64,000 nt of DNA from a virus. Taxonomy: Duplodnaviria > Caudoviricetes. The notes below the pieces were generated by a model. It was not told the DNA's origin and did no database searches. It worked only from the letters and a program-made list of their open reading frames with translations. Positions within the stretch are counted from its first letter, which is position 1, and each line of letters opens with the position of its first letter. Location: the IMG/VR virus record IMGVR_UViG_3300043726_000004, positions 37,819 through 101,818 of that record, one strand, 5' to 3'. Shown here piece by piece: positions 26,157 to 35,528 of this stretch. The position numbers and the translations under genes were made by a program.

Positions 26157-27017
26157 CTAAGGACCCCATTGGGCTATGAAGTTGACGATGTCCTTGCGGT
26201 CACCATCTTCGTCGATCCATGCCTGGTGTTGGAAATCTGGAACTGCCGAGCCCAGCAACCATATAGTGACTGCATGTGCCATCGACGTACTGGAAATTCC
26301 CAACCCTCGAGACCCGAACCGTTCGACGATCTCGTCGCCGTACGATCCTTCGATGCCTAGGGGTTCGTTGTAGAACCTTCCGGCCTCAACAATGAGGGTT
26401 TTAGCCTTCGTGGTGCTGTCTTCAAGGACATCCGACAGCCATTGGGGCATATCGAACTCGGCAAGGCGCTTATGGTCTAGCGCGTGCCAGTACGAGTACC
26501 AGCTGAAACCGTCTCCTCCGTCCAACCACCGCTCTATGGGACTTCGCAGCATGTCCCAGCCGACACGGTGGCCTTTGTCGCCACCCATGTCCTGTGCTAA
26601 AGGCGGGAAGAACATCAGGAATGAGGTACCCGACGTGCGTCGTTGTGTGTTGACGTGACTGTAGAGTTCCTCTACCCAGTAGATGACGTCTGACCATGAG
26701 AACCGTGCCCATTGATTTGGCTCGCTGGCAGGCAACCAGCCCCGAATCCAAGGATAGTTTTGGGCCAGGTTGACAAGTCTCAGAGCCGTTACAACAGGTT
26801 CGGGACCTTGAACAGGTATCAACCGACAGTAGACCTCGACGTCTTCCGTCTCGACCTCGTGGTGCAGAAACGACACGAACGCTTCATCCTTGAGCAGGTC
26901 CTCGAAGATGGCTATCGAACCTGGTCGCATCAGTTGTAACGCACCCATCTCATCTGGCCGGACCTTACGGAGCCCGTTGGTTAGAGGAGCGTGGATACCA
27001 CGTTGTGGATTGCGCAT
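26157..27017 (-). CDS. glycoside hydrolase-like protein
   Basis: WLPASEPNQ, FPPLA, SWYSYW, LIVEAG; GH-A-like spacing. Confidence 0.55.
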   Translation of the reverse strand: MRNPQRGIHAPLTNGLRKVRPDEMGALQLMRPGSIAIFEDLLKDEAFVSFLHHEVETEDVEVYCRLIPVQGPEPVVTALRLVNLAQNYPWIRGWLPASEPNQWARFSWSDVIYWVEELYSHVNTQRRTSGTSFLMFFPPLAQDMGGDKGHRVGWDMLRSPIERWLDGGDGFSWYSYWHALDHKRLAEFDMPQWLSDVLEDSTTKAKTLIVEAGRFYNEPLGIEGSYGDEIVERFGSRGLGISSTSMAHAVTIWLLGSAVPDFQHQAWIDEDGDRKDIVNFIAQWGP

Positions 27018-27034
27018 AATGACGCTAGCAACGG

Positions 27035-27397
27035 TCAGTGTGCCACACTGTTCGCATGGTTGGGATCCCGTACGGCTTCGGTTGCTTGGACGATGTCCTC
27101 ATAGAACCGAAGGAAGCGACGGTCAACTGCTGCCCAAGGCATCTTCTCAACCTTGGTCTTCAAGAACTCCCAGTCTGCGTCCTCTAGTTCCAGAACGTCG
27201 TTCGTCGTTGCGTCGAGCCTGTCCAACACACGGATAGACTTTCGCATCTCGTCGATTGTTGCACCTTCCTTACGGTCCAAGGGGATCCGAAGGCACTGTT
27301 CAATTGCCTGACGGTAATCGAACATGTTGACGTTGTACTCCTCTGTTCCCGGCTGGAACCGAGGATCCGGAACGTCGATTAGGGCAATCCGTTTCAT
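27035..27397 (-). CDS. hypothetical protein, possibly a fibre assembly factor
   Basis: GAAGGAG RBS; directly after a fibre gene. Confidence 0.65.
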   Translation of the reverse strand: MKRIALIDVPDPRFQPGTEEYNVNMFDYRQAIEQCLRIPLDRKEGATIDEMRKSIRVLDRLDATTNDVLELEDADWEFLKTKVEKMPWAAVDRRFLRFYEDIVQATEAVRDPNHANSVAH

Positions 27398-27419
27398 GAG
27401 TTCTCCTTCCCCTCTCCTC

Positions 27420-29009
27420 TCAGGCCGCTGGTAGCTGTGCTGCCTGTGGCGGCTGACCGCGGAGCTCTTGAACCTGTTGATCTAATTCCTGCACAGCAGC
27501 CCACAGTACCGCGAGCAGTCGATACGGATCGATTGTAGTCAGTTCACCCTCCAACTGGGTGGTTGACGCTTCAGGAACGTGTTGTTCGACATTGGACGAA
27601 GCGAACCCATACGTCCATGTCGACTCGATGGCGCCCTTAGTCCTTCTAGGTCGCATGTGAGACGGCTTATGCGTCACGGGGTCGTATTCTGTGTCCTGGT
27701 GTACCTGCTGGTAGTAAACAGGCTTGATTCCGCGTACTTTCGTCAGCGGGTCTTCGACGTCTTGAATCTCAAGACCAAGTGCCGCAGCATGGTCCACGCT
27801 GGAGTATGTACTCCACGCCCAACCAAGGCCTGTGCCGCCCGCGTTGGCCGCCTGTGGTAGTGAGATCCCTTGGTAGTCCTGTCTGTCCTGTGCAGACGCG
27901 ATTCCCGCACCAACGCGAAAATTCTGGCCGGAAATGTTTGTGTACGTCGCCGTCTGCATGTACGTCCCGGTGAAGTTCCAGTAAATGGCGGCGTTACTCT
28001 GGAAGTAAATGCCTGTCCCGCCAATTAGAATGGAATGACTCGTCCAGATGTAGCCGCTACCGTGCCATGCAACCCAGATACTACCGCTATTGGCGAAGTA
28101 GTAGTTGGACCCGTTGTTGATGATCGGGTGGCTCGTATGGATATTGGCCCCGTCCCAGTACAGGTAAACGCCGGAGTTGCTGGCGAAGAAGTAGTACGAA
28201 CCGTTGATTGACATCCCTCCGGCGTTGAGATGACCGTACTCAGTGAAGCTGGCGGCAGAGTTCCTCCAGAAGAATGTCGCAGCGTACGTGTCGAAGTACA
28301 CGTTCCGGCCCGAGTCGACAAGGACGCGCGTGTTCGAGTCGATAAACGTGTACCCCTGGTTCGCTGCAGGCACGATGTAGCTAGTTGCCTGCACGGTGCC
28401 GTTGGCCTGAAGGACGTTGACGCCAGTCGCTGGAAATATGCACCGACTGGTCAGTGATGTCGCACCAGCGGCACCAAACTCGAAGGAGATACAGCCGTTG
28501 GAGTACGCGGCAGAGAATACGGCTCGACCCCACGACCTAGACGTATCCCAGGACTGACCTGTAGTGAAGTTGTAGTTCCAGAACAGGATGTCTGCCTCTG
28601 TGGCGTTGAGGTTGAGATATCCTTGTGTCGCACCGGACGAGGATCCTGACATGTTCGCGATCGTTAGCTGGTCGAGACCGGGCGTAGCTGACCTGAGGAT
28701 AGTGAAGTTACCAGTGCCAAACAGACTAATTACGCCGGCGGTTGTGATACGCATACGTTCGGCACCGCCAACGACAATGGTCAATGGTAGAGCCGTACCA
28801 GTTCCAACAGCGTCAGTGATGAGATTCGCCGACGTGTTGTCGATCGACAGAAACACGCGGGCAGTGTTGGTGATATCGCTGACTGCTGTGGCGTAGAACG
28901 CAGAACCGATACCAGACCCGGCAGGCGAAACAGCCAAATTGGAGATGCCACTTGCCTGCCGGGTAGTCAGTACGCCTTCAGAGGCGATCTGACTCATTTT
29001 GGTCTTCAT
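27420..29009 (-). CDS. tail fibre with C-terminal peptidase-S74-like intramolecular chaperone
   Basis: Beta repeats; PLTKVRGIKPV..YGF...VPE...AVQEL coiled end. Confidence 0.8.
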   Translation of the reverse strand: MKTKMSQIASEGVLTTRQASGISNLAVSPAGSGIGSAFYATAVSDITNTARVFLSIDNTSANLITDAVGTGTALPLTIVVGGAERMRITTAGVISLFGTGNFTILRSATPGLDQLTIANMSGSSSGATQGYLNLNATEADILFWNYNFTTGQSWDTSRSWGRAVFSAAYSNGCISFEFGAAGATSLTSRCIFPATGVNVLQANGTVQATSYIVPAANQGYTFIDSNTRVLVDSGRNVYFDTYAATFFWRNSAASFTEYGHLNAGGMSINGSYYFFASNSGVYLYWDGANIHTSHPIINNGSNYYFANSGSIWVAWHGSGYIWTSHSILIGGTGIYFQSNAAIYWNFTGTYMQTATYTNISGQNFRVGAGIASAQDRQDYQGISLPQAANAGGTGLGWAWSTYSSVDHAAALGLEIQDVEDPLTKVRGIKPVYYQQVHQDTEYDPVTHKPSHMRPRRTKGAIESTWTYGFASSNVEQHVPEASTTQLEGELTTIDPYRLLAVLWAAVQELDQQVQELRGQPPQAAQLPAA

Positions 29010-29018
29010 GACGTCTCC

Positions 29019-29582
29019 TTAGACTCGCAGTGTCGGGACTTCGAGCCCCATGTCCTTCAGTGCCCAATCGTTGGCAACACGAGGCTGAATCGGGACATGC
29101 TGCTTGACGTGTTCGCGCAGACGATCGATTGCCGTCGGCGGAGGTGCTTCGCCTTCTGCCAACGGTTCGCTACGCGCCATCTTCTGCAGAATTGCCTGGT
29201 CATTGTCCGAAATTGGCACCTGCGGCTTACCACGACCGATGTGCATGTCGTAGTGCTTATGTAGCTGGCGGGCATCAGGGTCCCCGTTTGACGGGTAAGA
29301 CGATGTGGCCCCACAGTCAGGATCCGGACAAATAACGTCGACGACCTTCGTCGGACGAGGAAACCCTCCAGCGGCTGCCATGTTCAGTTCCTGCGGCATC
29401 GGGTCGCGCCATGTGGCCAGTGCCACCGGATTCGGCAACTCGGCCATGACCTCGACAACGTGGTTGTTATCAGGGTTGAAGTCGTCGTCATCAGGGTCGT
29501 CGTGATAGACGACGTGCGCGTGGTAGGCAAAGTACTTGGTATTGCCGTCCGCGTCTGTTTGCTCAATGATACGGATCGTCAC
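29019..29582 (-). CDS. hypothetical protein
   Basis: GGAGG RBS; CPDPDC motif. Confidence 0.65.
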   Translation of the reverse strand: MTIRIIEQTDADGNTKYFAYHAHVVYHDDPDDDDFNPDNNHVVEVMAELPNPVALATWRDPMPQELNMAAAGGFPRPTKVVDVICPDPDCGATSSYPSNGDPDARQLHKHYDMHIGRGKPQVPISDNDQAILQKMARSEPLAEGEAPPPTAIDRLREHVKQHVPIQPRVANDWALKDMGLEVPTLRV

Positions 29583-29591
29583 ATGTCCCTC

Positions 29592-31118
29592 CTACGGGTT
29601 GTACTCTGCAACGAAGGTGGCCGGACTACTAACACCAGCAACAACGAAGGATGTAGCGTTGCCTCCGACTAATCCACCACCACTTGACGTTGTCTGGATT
29701 TCAACAGATACACCTGGATTCCAGATCCCTGTACCAGGAATCCCACCAGTATTCGGAGCTACTCCTTGAGCCGCTGTTCGAAGGCCGCTGGCTCCTGTAG
29801 CGCCAGTCAAGGTCATCGTGGGATAACCCATCATACCTGGAATCGGGACCAATACATCAGCTTGCTGAGTGCTGATACATTGACCAGGAAATTGCGAGCT
29901 CGCTGGGTGGACAATGCAGTACCGCCTACAACGAGCTAAGTCGTCAGCAGGAGCCAGCTGCACGAAGTCCGGCGGAATGGTACCAACTGTCAGCATGGCA
30001 TTACAGATGTAGTAACTGGCCGTAACCATGCAGTTGACGATGAGGTACAGGACTTGGCAGCCCGATGGCACAGTACCTGTAACCGTGATAGTCTGCCAGG
30101 CACTGCCGCCAGGATGATAAGCACCTGTCGCAATAACTGTACCACCGGTGGCATCGTACAGCACCAGACGTACAGCGTTGGCAGTAGCAGTGCTGATACG
30201 ACAAGATGCGCTAACGGTCCTACTAGCCAAGTTATAGCCGTCTGTCAGCTTGAGAAGCTGTATCAGTCCACTACCGGGAGCCGGAGTTACGACCGTGTGC
30301 GTTGCCTGTCCCTGAACTCCCCAACCGTTATCACTGCCTGTGACTTTGGAGATGGTGTACGTGTCCGATCCTCCAGGGTATACGTGCCAGCGGTCAGCAG
30401 CAATCTGACCATAGGCAGTAAATGGTCCATTGCCTCGCTGCCACTGCTGAAACCCGCCGTTGATCAACAGGTTTGGCCGAGGAACGTCGGTTCCGACACG
30501 TTCGTTCGGAAGGGAATCAGGATAGGATACTTGCGGAACGTAATCGACCGCAATAGTTCCTGCAGCAACCACTGCATTGTCCAGGTAGGCTGTACAAGAC
30601 GCCTCGAACTGGACTGCCACGTAAACACTCGCGACGGTTGCCTGGTTTATAGTTGCCGTCACGGACAACGTTTGGTAGGTGCCGTCTCCCGTGTGGTAAC
30701 TCCCGAAGGTCCAGGAGTTGTTCGTCCAGATGGCTAGGTGAACGGCATTGGCTACGTTTGTGCGTACCCTCACCGAAAATGTGACAGGCTTGAGATGGTA
30801 CGCTACGAGGTTTTCTCCGGATACGAACCTCTGGTTGACTTGTGTTCCGGTTCCACCGGATTTTACGAACGTCGCAGCACAGCAAGAAACACTGCCTATG
30901 TCTCCGTTTACCTGGTCACGAACAACTGACAACGTATCGGAGCCTGTTACAGACAGATACCACGCATCAGCCGTCCACACCGCTGCTGATGCAGACCCGG
31001 CAAACGGTCCGTTACCACGGTGCCACTGCTCGAAGCCACCGTTCTGTATCCAGTTCGGCCTCTGACCGTCAGAGGCTAACGACGCATTGACCAGTTGCTG
31101 TCTGACAGGAGGTGGCAT
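29592..31118 (-). CDS. receptor-binding protein with two CBM-like modules
   Basis: Two copies of N..NGGF..W.RGNGPF; ends AEYNP. Confidence 0.75.
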   Translation of the reverse strand: MPPPVRQQLVNASLASDGQRPNWIQNGGFEQWHRGNGPFAGSASAAVWTADAWYLSVTGSDTLSVVRDQVNGDIGSVSCCAATFVKSGGTGTQVNQRFVSGENLVAYHLKPVTFSVRVRTNVANAVHLAIWTNNSWTFGSYHTGDGTYQTLSVTATINQATVASVYVAVQFEASCTAYLDNAVVAAGTIAVDYVPQVSYPDSLPNERVGTDVPRPNLLINGGFQQWQRGNGPFTAYGQIAADRWHVYPGGSDTYTISKVTGSDNGWGVQGQATHTVVTPAPGSGLIQLLKLTDGYNLASRTVSASCRISTATANAVRLVLYDATGGTVIATGAYHPGGSAWQTITVTGTVPSGCQVLYLIVNCMVTASYYICNAMLTVGTIPPDFVQLAPADDLARCRRYCIVHPASSQFPGQCISTQQADVLVPIPGMMGYPTMTLTGATGASGLRTAAQGVAPNTGGIPGTGIWNPGVSVEIQTTSSGGGLVGGNATSFVVAGVSSPATFVAEYNP

Positions 31119-32044
31119 CAGGGGTTGGCCTCCGCAACTACTGTGGCTGTGTAATTCGCCAGTCCCGCTATGTAAACTCCCGCTCCTACAGTCAACCCAC
31201 TAGCCACGTTAGGACTAATCATTGCCATTCTAGCGTCATTCGTCCAAGTAGTTATACTCGTACACGTTAGAAGCGGACCACCGCTTGGTGAGACACCCCA
31301 CGTTGAAGCAGCAGAGTACGTAATTTGAGGATTGACAGGCTTTATTGCCTTATATTCTTTCGACACGTTTGCGGCTGATGTAGCCGTACCGAAACCCATC
31401 GCAACAACCCATCCAGCAGCCTGACCACCAAACGACTCGTAGTACCGAAGACACCTCAGCAGGTCGTCGGCAGGATGCATTGGATAGTAATCGGGAGCTA
31501 CCGGACCCATCACTACCATTGCATTATCGACGTAGTACGTGCCAGAGACGGTGAAGATGACGTATATGCGAACAAACGTTGCATCAGAAGGTACCGTAGC
31601 ACCGTTTGCGTACAGAGTCACGTACCCGCCTGCTGTATTGTAGGCTGAATAAACGCCACCAGCATTGGTGCCGTCAGAAATCAGGTAGATTCGTGCCCCA
31701 TTGCCTACTGTGGATCGAACACGAACACTGGCGCTCACCGTTTTGCCGCGCAGCTGGTTGATGTCCTTCACGTCCTGGAAGATGGACGAGTTAGAGGCAC
31801 TTCCTGCGGTGAACGTTACTAAGGCGTCTGTTACGGATCCGAGGTCCGGACCGCTCGTATCCTTACTGACAGACAGCGTATCAGTACCGTTCAGAGCAAT
31901 GCTCCACCGGTCTGCGTGGAATCCACCGTTAGCGGAGAACGGTCCGTTACCACGTTGCCAGTACTCGAACCCACCATTGACTAGCAGGTTCGGCCGGGGA
32001 ACGTCGGAGGCTACGTTCTGTGCGTCAACCATTTGTCTAGGCAT
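31118..32044 (-). CDS. receptor-binding protein with one CBM-like module
   Basis: NLLVNGGFEYWQRGNGPF; ends AEANP. Confidence 0.75.
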   Translation of the reverse strand: MPRQMVDAQNVASDVPRPNLLVNGGFEYWQRGNGPFSANGGFHADRWSIALNGTDTLSVSKDTSGPDLGSVTDALVTFTAGSASNSSIFQDVKDINQLRGKTVSASVRVRSTVGNGARIYLISDGTNAGGVYSAYNTAGGYVTLYANGATVPSDATFVRIYVIFTVSGTYYVDNAMVVMGPVAPDYYPMHPADDLLRCLRYYESFGGQAAGWVVAMGFGTATSAANVSKEYKAIKPVNPQITYSAASTWGVSPSGGPLLTCTSITTWTNDARMAMISPNVASGLTVGAGVYIAGLANYTATVVAEANP

Positions 32045-34860
32045 CAGGGGTTAGCCTCCACGGTATAGGAATCGTATTGGGCGTAGGTATCCCCTGCCGC
32101 CGTAACGTTGTAGGTGGCGCCTACGTAGTCTAGTTGTGAATTATCCGCGGATACTGCCGAGACGTTACTACGTGTACCTGCACCGACTGTGACAGTACCT
32201 GCTACCGGTTTTTTCGCCAACAAGAACAGCGTCAACCACAAACCGCCTGCAGGCGCCTGATATCGCCAGGAGAAGTTCTTCTTCTCGTAGTACCGTAGGC
32301 ACCTGGACAGTTCCTCTGACGGGTGAATCGGCACGTAAGGTACGACGTCACTGCCAACCACAGCCATAGCATTGTCAAGGTAGGCGACACAAGTTGCATG
32401 GAACGATACGTAGGCGACGAAGTAAGTGCCGGCAGCTGGCTGATTGAACGTAAGGGACAGTGTCTGATACACGTCCCCGCCTGTGTGGAATGCAGACGAA
32501 ATCAACCCCAACCCCGAGTTGGCGTCCGAGTTGAGATTGAGTCTGACGGCACCAGCAACGTTACACCGTACACGGATACTGACTGTAATCGGTCTCCCTG
32601 TCAACTGGTAACTGTCGTTTACCCACTTGAGCGTTGCTGCGACGTAGGTATTTCCAGCTCCTGTGCCTAACGTGAATGTGCATGCAGCACAGTAGTTGGA
32701 ACCGTTAGCCGCGTCCATGTGGGTTGCGTCTCGCGACACCGAAATCGTATCAGTGCCTGCAGGGCTAATACTCCAACGGTCAGGGCCAAAAGCTGACGTT
32801 GTAAACGGGCCGTTACCTCGCTGCCAAACCTCAAAACCGCCATTGGACAAGAGGTTCTCGCGGCCTACGCTAGGACTGATGATACTCGCCGGCAGCAGTC
32901 CTGTTGTTGGGGATGTTGCGACTAATGTACCTGCTTGCGGCGCAGCAGCGCTGGAGGCACTGAAACCCTTGAGCGTGTTCGAATCACCTGCGACAATGAG
33001 ACCGACGATGTAGGTAATAACAACACGGGTCGTTCCGTCGAAGGCGTCCGAGAAGGTGAATGTCGTCCCCGTCTGCGTGTAGTGGCCGTCGGCTCGGGAC
33101 TGAATAACACCATCGCGTGCGACGTCAAGAACGATGTTAGGTGCCTGTGACACCGTGATCGTTGTCGCACCGTTCGTTGGTAAGAACTCCTCGTGGAAAA
33201 TGGACGAACTTGCGGCAGGGAACACACTGGACGGGAACTGACCCGTAACCGGATCTGTTGCAACCAGGTACCCTGGATTTGAAGCGGCATTTGCGGCACT
33301 AGTAGCACGGAACCCGTTGAGGGTTCCCGCATCACCTGCACCACCGGATGTGACGTAATAGTCCGCCGAAACCGTCCCATCTTCACCGGACGCCATGGGC
33401 TCGGCGAATGTCACTACGTTGCCCGATATGGAGTAATGACCTTTGGAGCGGTACTGAGTAACACCACCACGGGTGATGTTCGGCGTCCCTGCGGGCGTTG
33501 CGCTGAGGGGGAATGTTGTCGCACCTACTGCCAGCGTCGTTTCATCGTGCTGGAGGAAGACGCCAGTATTGAAGGTTGATGTCGTCAAATAAACGACGTG
33601 TACCGAATCGGCATTTAGACCGCCAGGGTACACAGTCGCCGAGAACGTGATAATTTGGCCTGCAATCGTGTAGTCGGTACCAGGCATTTGGCCTTGACCG
33701 TTGACCTCTACGCTGACGACGCCGCTAGGTGCGGGGACTTGGGGCAGTGTTACCGCGGTACCGGTTACGCTAGCATTGTCGTAGGTGATGAGGTTCTGAG
33801 TGCCGCCGCCACCGCCGCCCTTGATGAGCGCAGGAACGGTACCGGCCCCAGCGACTGCTGCCAGTGCAAAGCCAAAAGTACCGCCGGTTTGGAACTGCGA
33901 TGCTTCTGCACGGCGTGCGGTGGCCGACTGGTGTAAGAACGCGCCTTTAGCTACGGCGCTCGCAACACTGACGGTACCGACATAGCCGCCTGTTGCGACC
34001 ATGACGACCGCGCCGTTAGCACCGCCGACGATAACTACACCTGCAACCTTGTTGTCGTCAGGCGTTGTCGAACTCGTAACGGTAGCAGCGGTAGCACTTA
34101 CGGTATCAACGACGACAAGATCGCCTGTGGCCAGAGTAACGCCCGACACATTGGTGAACGGCACAATCGTCGTCTGTGCCATTGCCAACAGCGTCCAAGC
34201 GCTACCTGAATCTAGCCACCAGTGACCTGTATCGGTAGCCCAGTAAATCTTGTTGGCGAGTGCTGGTGCTGGACGTGCAGCTTCAGTGCCTTGCTGTAAC
34301 GCCGGAACGTTACCGGCATTGGAGACCGCACCGACGCGAGACGGTGTCAGGTCCGTATCGAGTGCGTACTGAGGGTGCGGGTCAGAGGCAGCTGCGTGGG
34401 TGTTGAGCTGGTCTTCAACACCCCTGGCATACGTGGTTGGCTCTTGACCTCTCCAGTCAGTAACCGTTAGTGTGGTCAGCGTCCCGCCAACCGCTACCTG
34501 CCAAATCTTCGACCATCCGGCAACAGTACCACCTGTAGTATTGTTGTGCAGTGCCCCGTCATTGCCCACGTAGATGTGATACGTCGTATTGATGCTGGGG
34601 CTATTGATGTAGTACGTTGTTCCGTCAGCGAAGGTGTACAGAACACCTGGGAAACGGATGATACCGTACCCGAACACGAACGCGAATCGACCGTTTGCCG
34701 AGTCATAGGTCACGCTCTTCAGGTACAACGGTTGATCGGCCTGAAGTTGGGATGCGAGGTTAGCGTCCTGGGCATTCCAGTTACTGGTAAAGAACGCCCT
34801 GCTAACAATCTCGTTCCCGGCAGGAATTTGGACCCCTGACTTCGGAAGCAAGGTCGACAT
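32044..34860 (-). CDS. main tail fibre (Ig-like repeats plus CBM-like tip)
   Basis: Follows the baseplate genes; HAAASDPHPQY motif; ends VEANP. Confidence 0.85.
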   Translation of the reverse strand: MSTLLPKSGVQIPAGNEIVSRAFFTSNWNAQDANLASQLQADQPLYLKSVTYDSANGRFAFVFGYGIIRFPGVLYTFADGTTYYINSPSINTTYHIYVGNDGALHNNTTGGTVAGWSKIWQVAVGGTLTTLTVTDWRGQEPTTYARGVEDQLNTHAAASDPHPQYALDTDLTPSRVGAVSNAGNVPALQQGTEAARPAPALANKIYWATDTGHWWLDSGSAWTLLAMAQTTIVPFTNVSGVTLATGDLVVVDTVSATAATVTSSTTPDDNKVAGVVIVGGANGAVVMVATGGYVGTVSVASAVAKGAFLHQSATARRAEASQFQTGGTFGFALAAVAGAGTVPALIKGGGGGGTQNLITYDNASVTGTAVTLPQVPAPSGVVSVEVNGQGQMPGTDYTIAGQIITFSATVYPGGLNADSVHVVYLTTSTFNTGVFLQHDETTLAVGATTFPLSATPAGTPNITRGGVTQYRSKGHYSISGNVVTFAEPMASGEDGTVSADYYVTSGGAGDAGTLNGFRATSAANAASNPGYLVATDPVTGQFPSSVFPAASSSIFHEEFLPTNGATTITVSQAPNIVLDVARDGVIQSRADGHYTQTGTTFTFSDAFDGTTRVVITYIVGLIVAGDSNTLKGFSASSAAAPQAGTLVATSPTTGLLPASIISPSVGRENLLSNGGFEVWQRGNGPFTTSAFGPDRWSISPAGTDTISVSRDATHMDAANGSNYCAACTFTLGTGAGNTYVAATLKWVNDSYQLTGRPITVSIRVRCNVAGAVRLNLNSDANSGLGLISSAFHTGGDVYQTLSLTFNQPAAGTYFVAYVSFHATCVAYLDNAMAVVGSDVVPYVPIHPSEELSRCLRYYEKKNFSWRYQAPAGGLWLTLFLLAKKPVAGTVTVGAGTRSNVSAVSADNSQLDYVGATYNVTAAGDTYAQYDSYTVEANP

Positions 34861-34936
34861 TAGGTTAGCGCCTCCTCAGGGGGTTCGAGTACGAGCCACT
34901 CCGGCATCACTCCGGCAGTTGACATGTATACGTGAA

Positions 34937-35518
34937 TCACGAGGCGACCTCCAGTTGATCCCACGTGAAGTGCATGGCATCAAACTGATCCCACGTCCAG
35001 TTCTTAGCGTCGAGCATGTCCCACGTGAAGTAGGAGAACTGGATCTGGAGTTTCAGATGCGCTGGCTTTTTAGCCATAAGCGCGTTGGTGAGGTCGTTGA
35101 GGTTCGAAGGTACGCCTCTGACGTCCATGATTCGGACGATGAGAAGTCCCTGACCGTAAATCTCCTGGATCTGTGTAGTGCCGAACTCCCACGAGTTGGC
35201 AATCTTCTCCAGTTGTTCGGTCGTAATGGTACCGAGACCACGCATGGCAGCAATAACGGTCGACTGCCGCTCATTGACCGGTGATGCTTGAGCCCACGGC
35301 AGACCTAATTGCTGCTCGTACAGCGTCAGGCCCCATTCCTCTGCTGTGTCAACGTACGCCTGATTGAAAACGTCCTTCAGGTCAGATTCGAACTTGTCGA
35401 ACTCCAGACCTACGACCTGCAGGATCGCCTGAGTCAACTGGTCGTTCTCGTAGAAGTCCGGTGGTAGGTACGAGAACATTTGCAGACCATTTGGGGAGGT
35501 CAACCACCTGAACGGCAT
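34937..35518 (-). CDS. baseplate wedge protein (XkdU/YmfQ-like)
   Basis: YLPPDFY, DTAEEWGL..YE..LG, KPAHL. Confidence 0.85.
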   Translation of the reverse strand: MPFRWLTSPNGLQMFSYLPPDFYENDQLTQAILQVVGLEFDKFESDLKDVFNQAYVDTAEEWGLTLYEQQLGLPWAQASPVNERQSTVIAAMRGLGTITTEQLEKIANSWEFGTTQIQEIYGQGLLIVRIMDVRGVPSNLNDLTNALMAKKPAHLKLQIQFSYFTWDMLDAKNWTWDQFDAMHFTWDQLEVAS

Positions 35519-35528
35519 GGTTAGTGGG

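Noticed and set aside
9628-34860. Diversity-generating retroelement or invertible fibre switch behind the repeated tip modules
   Set aside because: No reverse transcriptase or site-specific recombinase in the window; the copies differ at all base types, not only at adenines
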